A DNA stretch of 64,000 nt from Fimbriimonadia bacterium (lineage in GTDB: Bacteria > Armatimonadota > Fimbriimonadia > Fimbriimonadales > JABRVX01). Position 1 is the stretch's first letter. The number at the start of each line of letters is the position of its first letter. This document shows positions 1-8,478 of the stretch, piece after piece. The notes under the pieces are model-generated. The model worked only from the letters and a program-made list of their open reading frames with translations. It did not search any database and had not been told where the DNA came from. The stretch covers positions 96,001-160,000 of the forward strand of contig JBGPGO010000002.1 of NCBI GenBank assembly GCA_041483895.1. Reading direction: 5' to 3'. Position numbers and translations under genes: made by a program.

Positions 1-1
1 C

Positions 2-154
2 ACATTTGCTCTGTTGCCGCCTGACAACGCAACCGGCAACTTCGTAAAAGTAGTGCAGCGCCTGCCGGTCAAGATTGTTTTCGACTCCGGCCAGTCAGGA
101 TTGGATCGGCTGCGCGTCGGCATGTCCGCGGTCGTTACGGTCGGGACTCGGTAG
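2..154 (+). CDS. emrA: HlyD/EmrA-family efflux adaptor, C-terminal fragment (5' end outside window)
   Basis: Manual translation of frame 2 gives TFALLPPDNATGNFVKVVQRLPVKI...LRVGMS, the EmrA C-terminal signature; its stop abuts the MFS start at 155. Confidence 0.9.
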   Translation, partial: TFALLPPDNATGNFVKVVQRLPVKIVFDSGQSGLDRLRVGMSAVVTVGTR

Positions 155-1744
155 ATGGCGGTCGCAGCGGCAATTCGAGCCGATCCGTCCGTGCGGTATC
201 GTTGGATCATATTGTTCGGCCTGATCACGGCGGCCATTTTGGAGGTCCTGGATACCACGATCGTCAACGTATCGTTGCCGCACATGGCCGGGAATTTGGG
301 TGTGACATCCGAGGAGATTGCCTGGGTGTCCACGGGTTACATCCTATCGAACGTCGTCGTTCTGCCGATCACGGCTTGGTTAGCATCGCGGTTCGGACGC
401 AAGCGGTATCTGAGCGGATCGATCCTGCTATTCGTAATCGCTTCGTTCTTCTGTGGCACATCGACGACGCTGACCAGCCTTGTTGTGTGGCGCATTTTGC
501 AGGGGGCGGGAGGCGCCGCGCTGCTTTCGACCTCCCAAGCGACAATCAGAGAGATTTTTCCGGCGGAGCAGCAGAGTTTTGTGCAGGCCATCTACATCCT
601 TGGGATCATCGCCGCGCCGACGTTGGGACCGACCGCCGGCGGATGGATCACGGACAATTTCTCCTGGCATTGGGTGTTTTTCATCAATCTGCCCATCGGT
701 CTCGTCTCCTTTTTCATCGTCAGCACATTCTTAGAAGATTCCGAGTTCACGATGGCGACGCACAGGGTGGATTGGATTGGCTTGGCGCTCATGGTCGCTG
801 GGCTGGCATCGTTGCAATATGTTTTGGAAGAGGGCAATTCGCGCCTGTGGTTTGAAGACGGCCGCATGGTGGTTCTGGCTACGATTGCGATTTTGGCGCT
901 CCCTATCTTTGTTTGGTGGCAGCTTTCGCCACGCAATAAGGCGCCGATTGTGAATCTGCGCGTCCTCGCGAATCGGGATCTGTCCGCGGCGCTCATACTG
1001 TTTATCGTGCTGGGGTTCGGTCTATACGGCGGCGTGTTTCTGTTCCCTATGTTTACGCAAGGGGTGCTCGGTCTGACCCCTACGGAGACCGGCCTGGCGT
1101 TGCTCCCCGGGGGTATCGCGACGGGAATTTCCGCCATTCTCACAGGCCGCTTGGCAAACCCCGCGAAGATCATCGTGGACCCGAGGATCATGATCGTTTC
1201 CGGACTCGGCCTCTTCTTTGTTTCGATGTATTCTCTCGCGCATCTTCCTCCCACCGGTTCTGTGGACGATGCGTTCATCGCCCTCATCCTCCGCGGATTC
1301 GGGTTGGGGATGCTGTTCGTTCCGATCAACTTGGCGGCATTCGCCACGCTAAAAGGGGCGGAGATTGCGCAGGGGTCCGCGCTTCTCAATCTATGCCGTC
1401 AGCTCGGTGGATCGTTTGGCATTGCTGTTCTCAGCTCCTTCGTCACGCACCAGGCTGCATCGGCACGAGCGGGACTTGTGAACCACATCTTTGTCGGCAA
1501 CCCGGCGCTGGATTCCCGCTTTGCGGCCATGACGCAGGCGATGGTGGCGAAGGGCTACGCGGCCGGCGCTCCGGCGCAACATGCCGCGGCGTCGCTGCTC
1601 AACGCGCAGGTGCAGGGCCAGGCGACGGCGATTGCATACAATTCGAGCTTCATGCTGATCGCGATTGTCGTGTTGGTGGCTTCTCCGCTGATTCTTCTGC
1701 TCCGAAAGGCGCGGATCACTTCCGCCCGCCCAGTGGCCCACTAG
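155..1744 (+). CDS. emrB: DHA2 family (EmrB/QacA) MFS drug:H+ antiporter
   Basis: 529 aa with many TM segments; motifs LDTTIVNVSLP, RFGRKR, GPTAGGWITDNFSWHWVFFINLPIG; follows emrA. Confidence 0.92.
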   Translation: MAVAAAIRADPSVRYRWIILFGLITAAILEVLDTTIVNVSLPHMAGNLGVTSEEIAWVSTGYILSNVVVLPITAWLASRFGRKRYLSGSILLFVIASFFCGTSTTLTSLVVWRILQGAGGAALLSTSQATIREIFPAEQQSFVQAIYILGIIAAPTLGPTAGGWITDNFSWHWVFFINLPIGLVSFFIVSTFLEDSEFTMATHRVDWIGLALMVAGLASLQYVLEEGNSRLWFEDGRMVVLATIAILALPIFVWWQLSPRNKAPIVNLRVLANRDLSAALILFIVLGFGLYGGVFLFPMFTQGVLGLTPTETGLALLPGGIATGISAILTGRLANPAKIIVDPRIMIVSGLGLFFVSMYSLAHLPPTGSVDDAFIALILRGFGLGMLFVPINLAAFATLKGAEIAQGSALLNLCRQLGGSFGIAVLSSFVTHQAASARAGLVNHIFVGNPALDSRFAAMTQAMVAKGYAAGAPAQHAAASLLNAQVQGQATAIAYNSSFMLIAIVVLVASPLILLLRKARITSARPVAH

Positions 1745-1769
1745 AGAGACCGCATCGATTTTTCCTTGA

Positions 1770-1907
1770 TTTTCATTGACGATCGCATCGTCAAAAACGT
1801 TGTGCCTATCCCTTCACAGTCGTACTGTGAAGGGGACGAAGTTTTTCATTGATGGCATCGTCAAAAAACCCTTTCCCTATGCCTTTAATGTCGCACTGTG
1901 AAGAGGA
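1770..1907. repeat. Composite palindromic repeat (REP/BIME-like): two tandem ~70-bp units, each palindrome A + palindrome B
   Basis: A = TTGACGAT-CGC-ATCGTCAA (1776-1794); B = CCCTTCACAGT-CGT-ACTGTGAAGGG (1810-1834); degenerate second unit at 1843-1907; lies between convergent genes. Confidence 0.85.
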
Positions 1908-3049
1908 TGGCTCTTGATGAGCCGCGAGCGGATGCCACGGACTCTCACCAGTTCTTTCCGCAGCCGCCGTCGTTCGCGCGGCCACTCTCGCTTCTCCATT
2001 CCGTAGGGCGGATGAACCATTGACCTTCGGATCTCCTGCACTTCCCGGCCATAGAAGTAGATGGCTTTCCCTCGCTCGCCGCAAGCCAACTGCGCTTCCG
2101 CCAAATTCTCCCAAAGGTCCCAACAAGCCGGATACTCGCTGGCAACATTCCATATCTCTTTGGCAAGTTCGTGGTAGACCTCGGGATGATGCGATGGGAT
2201 GGTCCGATATCTGCCGTTTGAGTACTCCCATATATCGATCCAGCGCGGCTGCTCGGCATGGGACGGTCCAGGGTCGGAAGATTCGTCGCCGATCTCATGG
2301 CTGCCAATGATCTGATATTTGCCATAGCCCTTGCTGTCAACCATGGACATAAATACCGTACCGGTCCCGTGCGCGATCTGCTTCCACGTCTTGCCACTTT
2401 GTTGGAACACATAGACCGAGCTAGGTTCATAGTCCGCACCGTAATAGGACAGGGCCACGATGATATCATCTTGCCCATCGCCGGTAACATCCGCAACGTA
2501 AAGCCCTACCTCCGAGACGCTGCATTCATTGGGCGAGTAACTGCTGACACTCAATAGCGGAGATTCCCATGTCTTCTTAACATCGAATTTCCCCTTGCGG
2601 AAGACCTTCAACCGCACATTTCGATACTGGTCGCCGTACTCTGTCGGAGCATCGTCGTCCACTTTCGCGCCGTGCGGATTCAGCCACTCCCCATAGATGG
2701 CGGCAATCCGACCGTCCAGAAGTTGCGCGCAGACGATCGGCGCCTGGCGTTCCCACATGGCAAGCTTTGCGGCGAGCGCATTGCGTTTTTCCGCGGCGGC
2801 TTCCAGCAAGGCAAGAGAAGGATCCTGTCTCGCTGTCCAGACCGCCTCGCCATACATTCCCAGCGCAATCTCTGCTTTGGTCTTCAATCGCAGCGCTTCC
2901 GGATTGCTCGGATCTTTTTGCAGTTTTTCCCGGGCTTCCTCACGCACATCCATCGGGTCCCAGTTAAGCCTGTCTTCGCCCGCGGGCAACGCAATGTCAT
3001 GGAACGGTTTCGCCTGAATCAGAAGGGCGAAGAGGATAGTGGCGATCAC
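1877..3049 (-). CDS. Secreted hypothetical protein with TPR-like helices and an FG-GAP-like Ca-binding motif
   Basis: Short N-terminal hydrophobic signal; VADVTGDGQDDIIV; TPR-like segments at both ends; GTGA overlap with the upstream gene's stop. Confidence 0.7.
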   Translation of the reverse strand: MIATILFALLIQAKPFHDIALPAGEDRLNWDPMDVREEAREKLQKDPSNPEALRLKTKAEIALGMYGEAVWTARQDPSLALLEAAAEKRNALAAKLAMWERQAPIVCAQLLDGRIAAIYGEWLNPHGAKVDDDAPTEYGDQYRNVRLKVFRKGKFDVKKTWESPLLSVSSYSPNECSVSEVGLYVADVTGDGQDDIIVALSYYGADYEPSSVYVFQQSGKTWKQIAHGTGTVFMSMVDSKGYGKYQIIGSHEIGDESSDPGPSHAEQPRWIDIWEYSNGRYRTIPSHHPEVYHELAKEIWNVASEYPACWDLWENLAEAQLACGERGKAIYFYGREVQEIRRSMVHPPYGMEKREWPRERRRLRKELVRVRGIRSRLIKSHPLHSATLKA

Positions 3050-5319
3050 GATCCGGTTTTCCCTTCTGCAGTGCGACTATCGAGGCTCACACGGAGAATT
3101 TCAGAGTTTGCGCACTGGAAGTGAATTAAGGCCGGTTTTTCGCCGAGCCGCGCCGACGCGAGTTCCTTGTCACCCGTGCAGATCGTCACGACGACAGGTC
3201 GATCGCATCGCGCGGTCATTCTGACGTTGACAGATCCTTCTGGCGAGTGAGTACAGGCGAGGTCGAAGCGCAAGTCCCTGTGGCGGAGATTGCTGATGCC
3301 GAGGGACATGCCCGGCGTCGCGAAAGCGGGCAGCGACGGCGCGAGAAGGAACTCGTCCCCATTCGCGCCCTCCCGGAAACCAAAGATGTTGCGGATTACC
3401 AGCGTCGGCAGCGTCGCGCCCCAGCCATAGCATTCCGCGCCGGTCCCGATGTCCGCCGGCGGCTCAATCGGCCAAAACTCGGACTGCACGCCAGGGATGC
3501 GATAGTTGTACGGCTCCGGCAAGCCCGTCCCATCCAACTTTGTTATCGCGCGGCGGGTTGTGCGCGCATAGATTCGGTTGCCGGTATCGGCGACAACTTC
3601 CGCCGCCCATTCGCGCAGCCCCGCATTCCACGCGGCCTCCGTCGCCGGAAACAGGAACGAAGGCCACTCCAAAAACGGACTAGGGTTCTTCCGAAAGTAC
3701 TCGAATCGTGGCCGCACCGCCTCGATCTGTTCCGGCGTCGCGATGCCCACCGCCAGCGGCACAAGCATCATGATGTCCCAATAGTCTTCGAGCAAAATCG
3801 GCTCTCCCGTTCGTCCATCAAAGTCTCGAAACCATCCGTCCACAAACATCGCCCGCGTCCGTTCCACGCGTTCTTCCGCCAACGTTTGCCATCGGTCGGC
3901 AGGCAACCCAAGCTCTTCGGCAAACCAGGCCATGTTCGCCATCGCGCTCGCCATCACCGCCTCCACGTCCACCGTCCGCACAAAATCCGCAACCTGCGCC
4001 TCGCCCACCAAGAACCGCTTCGAGCCATCCTGGCCCGACTCCCAACTGTTGTTGCAATGAAACCATCCGTCCGCGTCGGTGCGGTTTTCCAACCACCACT
4101 CCAAAAACGATTGGAGATAGGGATAGAGCGAGCCCAGCCACTCTTTGTCCCCGTCGCGCAGGTAGAGCGCCCGGATGACGGTAAACGGCATGCCCCAGGT
4201 CGGTGCCGTCCCGCATTCCGCGCCGCCCGCCCCGATCATGTTCATGCTGCCGTCCTCACGCGAGCAGGGCACATTCGGCATGGGCGCATCGGCGAAGGTC
4301 CCATAGATCACCTCTTTGGCAAGCTCCGGGACCGCGTAGCTGAGCGCCTGCGCGTCCAGCATCGTTTCGCCCAGCACGCAGCGCGGCGTGTAGATCTGCA
4401 TGCCATCCCACGGGTGGTGGTAGATGCCTAGCGGGGGGCGGATGGTCATTCGCAGCGTCTCCAGATCGTGAACCCATCCCTCTTTCCACATGTCCGGCCA
4501 GTCGCCGGTCAGCAGGGGGCAGTGGGCGTAGAAGTCGCGATCTTCCCGCAGCTTTTCATCCAGGGTTGTCATCGCGGTTGCGAGGGCGGTGCGATGGGTT
4601 TGGATGGCCGAAACGCTGTTCACTCCGCGCGTCAATGAGAGGATGAGCCGATCGCCGGATTGCAAGCGATAGGAGAGGACTGAGTAGAGAGGATTTGGCA
4701 ACTCGACGCTCGCCCCATCGTTGCATTCCATGTCGTTGGCGGCGATCCAATCGTTCCATTCTTCGCGGGAAGCTGTGGCCTTGCGCGCGTCCGGCTCTCG
4801 ATCCGCGCCAAGCGCGAAGACATCGCCGTAAGCCCAAATCTTGCCGATCGCCGCGCCGTCTTCGAACGTCGTCGCCACGCCGTCCGATCCCCACCATTTC
4901 TGTTCGTTGTATCCATAGATGTGGGTGGCGTGAAGAGTCGCCGGGCCGCCCTCGAACACGCAGACAAGCGAGTGTTCGCCGGATTGGAAGTACTTGGCGC
5001 TGAACGTCAGTCCCTCGTGCTCCCAATCGTAGCTCATCATCGATTTCGTGTGATACCGGGAGACCAGGCGAATGCCGGCTTTTTCGAAGTCGTCGGACGT
5101 GTGAAGCGATATCCCTCCGATGCTAAGGCTCAGATGCAGGAGGGACATATAGTTGACGTTACGACGGGCCCCCTCTCCGTATGGCCATGGAAACTTGCGG
5201 CACCAGAAGCCAAAGCCAATCGGCGGCACGGAACGCAGGATACCGCTGCGATTGAGCACGGCGCTGTGATACGGATTGTCCAGGTAGCCGAACGGTGTGT
5301 AATCGAGCAGCGGCTGCAT
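3046..5319 (-). CDS. (alpha/alpha)6 glycoside hydrolase, GH63/MGH1-like or amylo-alpha-1,6-glucosidase-like
   Basis: 757 aa; WL..LYP.L..FLEWW...R.D.DG and SWESGQDGS motifs resembling the GH63 WESGxDNS; C-terminal YGW. Confidence 0.7.
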   Translation of the reverse strand: MQPLLDYTPFGYLDNPYHSAVLNRSGILRSVPPIGFGFWCRKFPWPYGEGARRNVNYMSLLHLSLSIGGISLHTSDDFEKAGIRLVSRYHTKSMMSYDWEHEGLTFSAKYFQSGEHSLVCVFEGGPATLHATHIYGYNEQKWWGSDGVATTFEDGAAIGKIWAYGDVFALGADREPDARKATASREEWNDWIAANDMECNDGASVELPNPLYSVLSYRLQSGDRLILSLTRGVNSVSAIQTHRTALATAMTTLDEKLREDRDFYAHCPLLTGDWPDMWKEGWVHDLETLRMTIRPPLGIYHHPWDGMQIYTPRCVLGETMLDAQALSYAVPELAKEVIYGTFADAPMPNVPCSREDGSMNMIGAGGAECGTAPTWGMPFTVIRALYLRDGDKEWLGSLYPYLQSFLEWWLENRTDADGWFHCNNSWESGQDGSKRFLVGEAQVADFVRTVDVEAVMASAMANMAWFAEELGLPADRWQTLAEERVERTRAMFVDGWFRDFDGRTGEPILLEDYWDIMMLVPLAVGIATPEQIEAVRPRFEYFRKNPSPFLEWPSFLFPATEAAWNAGLREWAAEVVADTGNRIYARTTRRAITKLDGTGLPEPYNYRIPGVQSEFWPIEPPADIGTGAECYGWGATLPTLVIRNIFGFREGANGDEFLLAPSLPAFATPGMSLGISNLRHRDLRFDLACTHSPEGSVNVRMTARCDRPVVVTICTGDKELASARLGEKPALIHFQCANSEILRVSLDSRTAEGKTGS

Positions 5320-5330
5320 GCGATCCGTCT

Positions 5331-6239
5331 TTATCCCTTCACAGACGCACTGTGAAGGGCGAACAGATCCCCGATCTTGACCGCGCGCTCTGGGTGGGCT
5401 AGCTCCTTCTTCACATCCAACACGACTGAGTGGTCGAAATCCGCGTGCTGATAGACGTGCAGTTTCAGGTTCGTCAGGTCATAGACGACGGAGTACTGAG
5501 TTCCCGACTGCTTTAGCCGAAGAGAATCAGGAACGGGCTTGAACGACACGCCTTGAAGCGCTTGCCGGGCGAGGTCCACTGTAAACGCATGGTTCTTTGT
5601 GAAGAGCGCGTCCACAAATTTGTAGCGCTGGCAGGTAACGGCATCATCTGGCGTACAAGACTTGCGGAAATTGGTTATGACCTGGTGATCCCCGGCCCGG
5701 CGCAAGATAACGTTCCCAGCTTCGATCACGACAGAATCCCCCGAACGATCCGCGAGCAGAATCTGCCCCTGCGCCATCGCGAAATCATACTTTACGATCA
5801 AAGGCATCGCATCTTTCACCGTCTTGCAGGTCCGCAGAATTCGGTCCAGCATGAACGCAAAAAGAGGAGGCTTTTTGTTAGGATTTGGATCTTTAACAAA
5901 ATCCGTCGCAGCGCCACCGAAAAACAGCCCATATTCGTTCACACCGGCTTGCGGAAAACCATAGGCGTCCGTCGGATCCATTTCGAACAGATTGTCGATC
6001 TTCTTCTTCGGCTGTGCCAGCCGGATGCCGTTTTTCGGATACTCGCCCGTTCCGAAGCCGAAATAGACGATGCCAAAATTCTTCTCCGTGTGCGGCACGA
6101 ACCAGACCTGGGTGTTCGGGTCGATCCAGTCCTCACCGTCCCCGGCGAGGGCCAACTTGCCATCAAAAACAAAGAACACGGTGCAGGCATGGGCAATCCC
6201 GGTGGCGAGTACGATGAGAGCGGCGGTTAGCAGTGTCAT
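5331..6239 (-). CDS. Secreted Ntn-hydrolase (linear amide C-N hydrolase / choloylglycine hydrolase-like)
   Basis: Signal peptide ending AHA followed by the N-terminal nucleophile Cys (CTVFF); GVNEYGL, LADRSGDSVVIE, TNF, TQYSVVYD motifs. Confidence 0.8.
   Translation of the reverse strand: MTLLTAALIVLATGIAHACTVFFVFDGKLALAGDGEDWIDPNTQVWFVPHTEKNFGIVYFGFGTGEYPKNGIRLAQPKKKIDNLFEMDPTDAYGFPQAGVNEYGLFFGGAATDFVKDPNPNKKPPLFAFMLDRILRTCKTVKDAMPLIVKYDFAMAQGQILLADRSGDSVVIEAGNVILRRAGDHQVITNFRKSCTPDDAVTCQRYKFVDALFTKNHAFTVDLARQALQGVSFKPVPDSLRLKQSGTQYSVVYDLTNLKLHVYQHADFDHSVVLDVKKELAHPERAVKIGDLFALHSASVKG
5335..5359. repeat. Palindrome B copy inside the 3' end of the Ntn-hydrolase gene
   Basis: CCCTTCACAG-ACGCA-CTGTGAAGGG with perfect 10-bp arms; matches 1810-1834. 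Confidence 0.85.
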
Positions 6240-6279
6240 GAATGGCCTCCTGATCCTGTTCAGGATACCTCGTCGCGTG

Positions 6280-7590
6280 CTATATCATGCCCCGTGCTTT
6301 TATGTGCGTGTAGTAGTTGATCAGCGCTTGGGCCAGATTCTGCGGCTCCGCGTCCACCACGTGAATCCCCCCTAGTTCCAACTCACGGATCACCTGCTTG
6401 CGATCTTCCTGCACCTCCAGGGCGACCGCCCGCTGGTACATATTGGTCGGCGAGCTAACCGTCCGACTCGCAATCAGGTCCAGCTTCGGGTCAGAGACGG
6501 TGGCCGCAAGGCAGAGGTGCCGATTGCGCAGAGACAGCAGCGCCGTAGTCATTTGTCGCGAAGCCTCCGGCTCGATCAGGTCCGTGAAGGCGACGATCAA
6601 CGATCGCTTCCGCCACCGCCGAGCCAGGTAGTTGAAGGCCCGCCGCGCATTCGACTCGACCGGCTCCGGCTCCAGGCCATGCAAGGCCTCCAGCATCGCG
6701 CCGATCTGCGCCCTCCCCTTCCGAGGTGGCATGAACCGCACCACCTGATCGTGGTAGACCAGCAGACCCACCCGATCTTGCGCCTGAACTGCTGCGTTCG
6801 CGAGCATCAGGGCGGCATCGATCACATGATCGAACTTGCGAATCCCGTCAACCTCCGCCATCATTAGTCGTCCTAAATCGATGGCAAGCAACACCGATTG
6901 GCTTCGCTCCGCCTCATACTCCCGCACCATCAGCTTGCCGCGCTTGGCCGATGCCTTCCAATCCACGCGCCGGACCTCATCGCCCACCGTATACTCCTTC
7001 AGCGATTCGAATTCGCTCCCCACGCCTTTCAAAGAGGCCCGCCGGATCCCCATCTCCCGCAAGTGCCCACGATGCTTCAATAGGTTGTACTTTCGCAGCG
7101 CCAAAACATTCGGATAGACGCTTATGGCTTCATTGATCGGCAGCTTCACGATGCGGTCAACAAGTCCTAGCGGGGTCGGGACTCTCAGGAACACTTCCCG
7201 GAACTCGAACGCTCCCCGGTTTTGGGGCCGCAGGTGATATCGGACCTCCTCCGCCCTCCCCGGCTGCAAACGCACGGAAAACTCCCGCCGGTCGGAGGGG
7301 ATTTCCGCCGGTGGCTCATCGCGCACGGTCACCTGCATCGGCGCTCGTCCAAGATGGCTGAGACGGAGCCGCACTAGATTGTCCGACCGGACGGAGAGGA
7401 CCGGGTCATGAATTCGTTCCGCCAAAAAGCTCTCCCGTTTCGGCCCCAATAGAAAGCCCGCAACGGCGGCCCCGATGAGGGCAGCGTCATAGATACACAT
7501 CAGCGAGAGGTACCCAGGGCTGAGCGTCCCAAGGAGTCCCAACACAATTCCGCCCGCGAGGAGCCACCAAAAACGACGAGTGAATACCAT
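6280..7590 (-). CDS. DUF58 / vWA domain membrane protein (MoxR-associated type)
   Basis: GSEFESLKEYTVGDEVRRVDWKASAK and REYEAERSQ DUF58 motifs; two N-terminal TM helices; start placed at MVFT (7590) behind TAGACT-N7. Confidence 0.88.
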   Translation of the reverse strand: MVFTRRFWWLLAGGIVLGLLGTLSPGYLSLMCIYDAALIGAAVAGFLLGPKRESFLAERIHDPVLSVRSDNLVRLRLSHLGRAPMQVTVRDEPPAEIPSDRREFSVRLQPGRAEEVRYHLRPQNRGAFEFREVFLRVPTPLGLVDRIVKLPINEAISVYPNVLALRKYNLLKHRGHLREMGIRRASLKGVGSEFESLKEYTVGDEVRRVDWKASAKRGKLMVREYEAERSQSVLLAIDLGRLMMAEVDGIRKFDHVIDAALMLANAAVQAQDRVGLLVYHDQVVRFMPPRKGRAQIGAMLEALHGLEPEPVESNARRAFNYLARRWRKRSLIVAFTDLIEPEASRQMTTALLSLRNRHLCLAATVSDPKLDLIASRTVSSPTNMYQRAVALEVQEDRKQVIRELELGGIHVVDAEPQNLAQALINYYTHIKARGMI

Positions 7591-7646
7591 CCCAAGAAGT
7601 CTACCGCGTTGCATCCCGCCGCGCGCGCGGGCGATAATCATAGGCG

Positions 7647-8417
7647 ATGCCGCAGGAATTGACCTTACTCACTCCGGAAAAGGTGGAAGTCACGTTTCGA
7701 CTGGCGGGCATCCCGTCGCGCGTCTGGGCGTACCTTTTGGACAAGCTGTTCTATTTTACGGGGATGGGGATCATTTTCCTGACGGGCATCTTGCTGTTCG
7801 GCCTCCTTCACTTGCCCGCAGCGTTGGCCGACATCGCGGCAACCATCTATTTGTATCTGTTCGTGGCGGGATTCTTCGCGTACCCCATTCTCAGCGACAT
7901 CTTTATGAATGGGCAGACGTTCGCCAAGCGAATCTTGGGATTGCGCGTCGTTATGGTCAATGGCGCGCCGATCACTACGCCCGCCGCTATCCTACGGGAG
8001 CTGTTCATCACGGCGGACTTCCTTCCCAGCGTGTTCTTGGTCGGCGCGATTGCGATGTTTCTGTCCGAGCGGAGCCAGCGGGTCGGGGATATGGTCGCCG
8101 GAACCATCGTCGTGATCTCCCGAAGGCCGCATATGCAGAAGGCGGCGCTGGACCGTTTTGAGGTTCCGGAGCACCATCTGGAGGACAGAATCCGCTCCGT
8201 ATCGGCCCTCAACGAAGCCGATTTGGTAGCAATCCGCACCTTTCTTGCGCGCTACCCCGACCTTCCGATGGCAAAACGGGAGCAGCTGTATCGGGAGATT
8301 TGGGCTTCCATCGCGTCACGATGCCAGTTCGAAATACCTCCTGGGGCCTCGCCGCTCGTGATGCTCGCGGCCATCGAGCGCAAGCTCGCGCGCGACCTCG
8401 CCGGCCGCGACTCCTGA
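7647..8417 (+). CDS. RDD family membrane protein
   Basis: TPEKVEV...LAGIPSRVWAYLLD, GQTFAKRILGLRVV, SQRVGDMVAGT; divergent from DUF58, a usual neighbour. Confidence 0.88.
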   Translation: MPQELTLLTPEKVEVTFRLAGIPSRVWAYLLDKLFYFTGMGIIFLTGILLFGLLHLPAALADIAATIYLYLFVAGFFAYPILSDIFMNGQTFAKRILGLRVVMVNGAPITTPAAILRELFITADFLPSVFLVGAIAMFLSERSQRVGDMVAGTIVVISRRPHMQKAALDRFEVPEHHLEDRIRSVSALNEADLVAIRTFLARYPDLPMAKREQLYREIWASIASRCQFEIPPGASPLVMLAAIERKLARDLAGRDS

Positions 8418-8478
8418 GAAAACAGCCGGTTGCCGTGCCCGAATATTTCAGGTACCCTGACGCGAAAGGGAGTTGCCG

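Noticed and set aside
1806..2231. 141-aa ORF ending in LHSTTVKG
   Set aside because: It is an alternative frame overlapping the 390-aa gene, and its tail simply reads through the palindromic repeat
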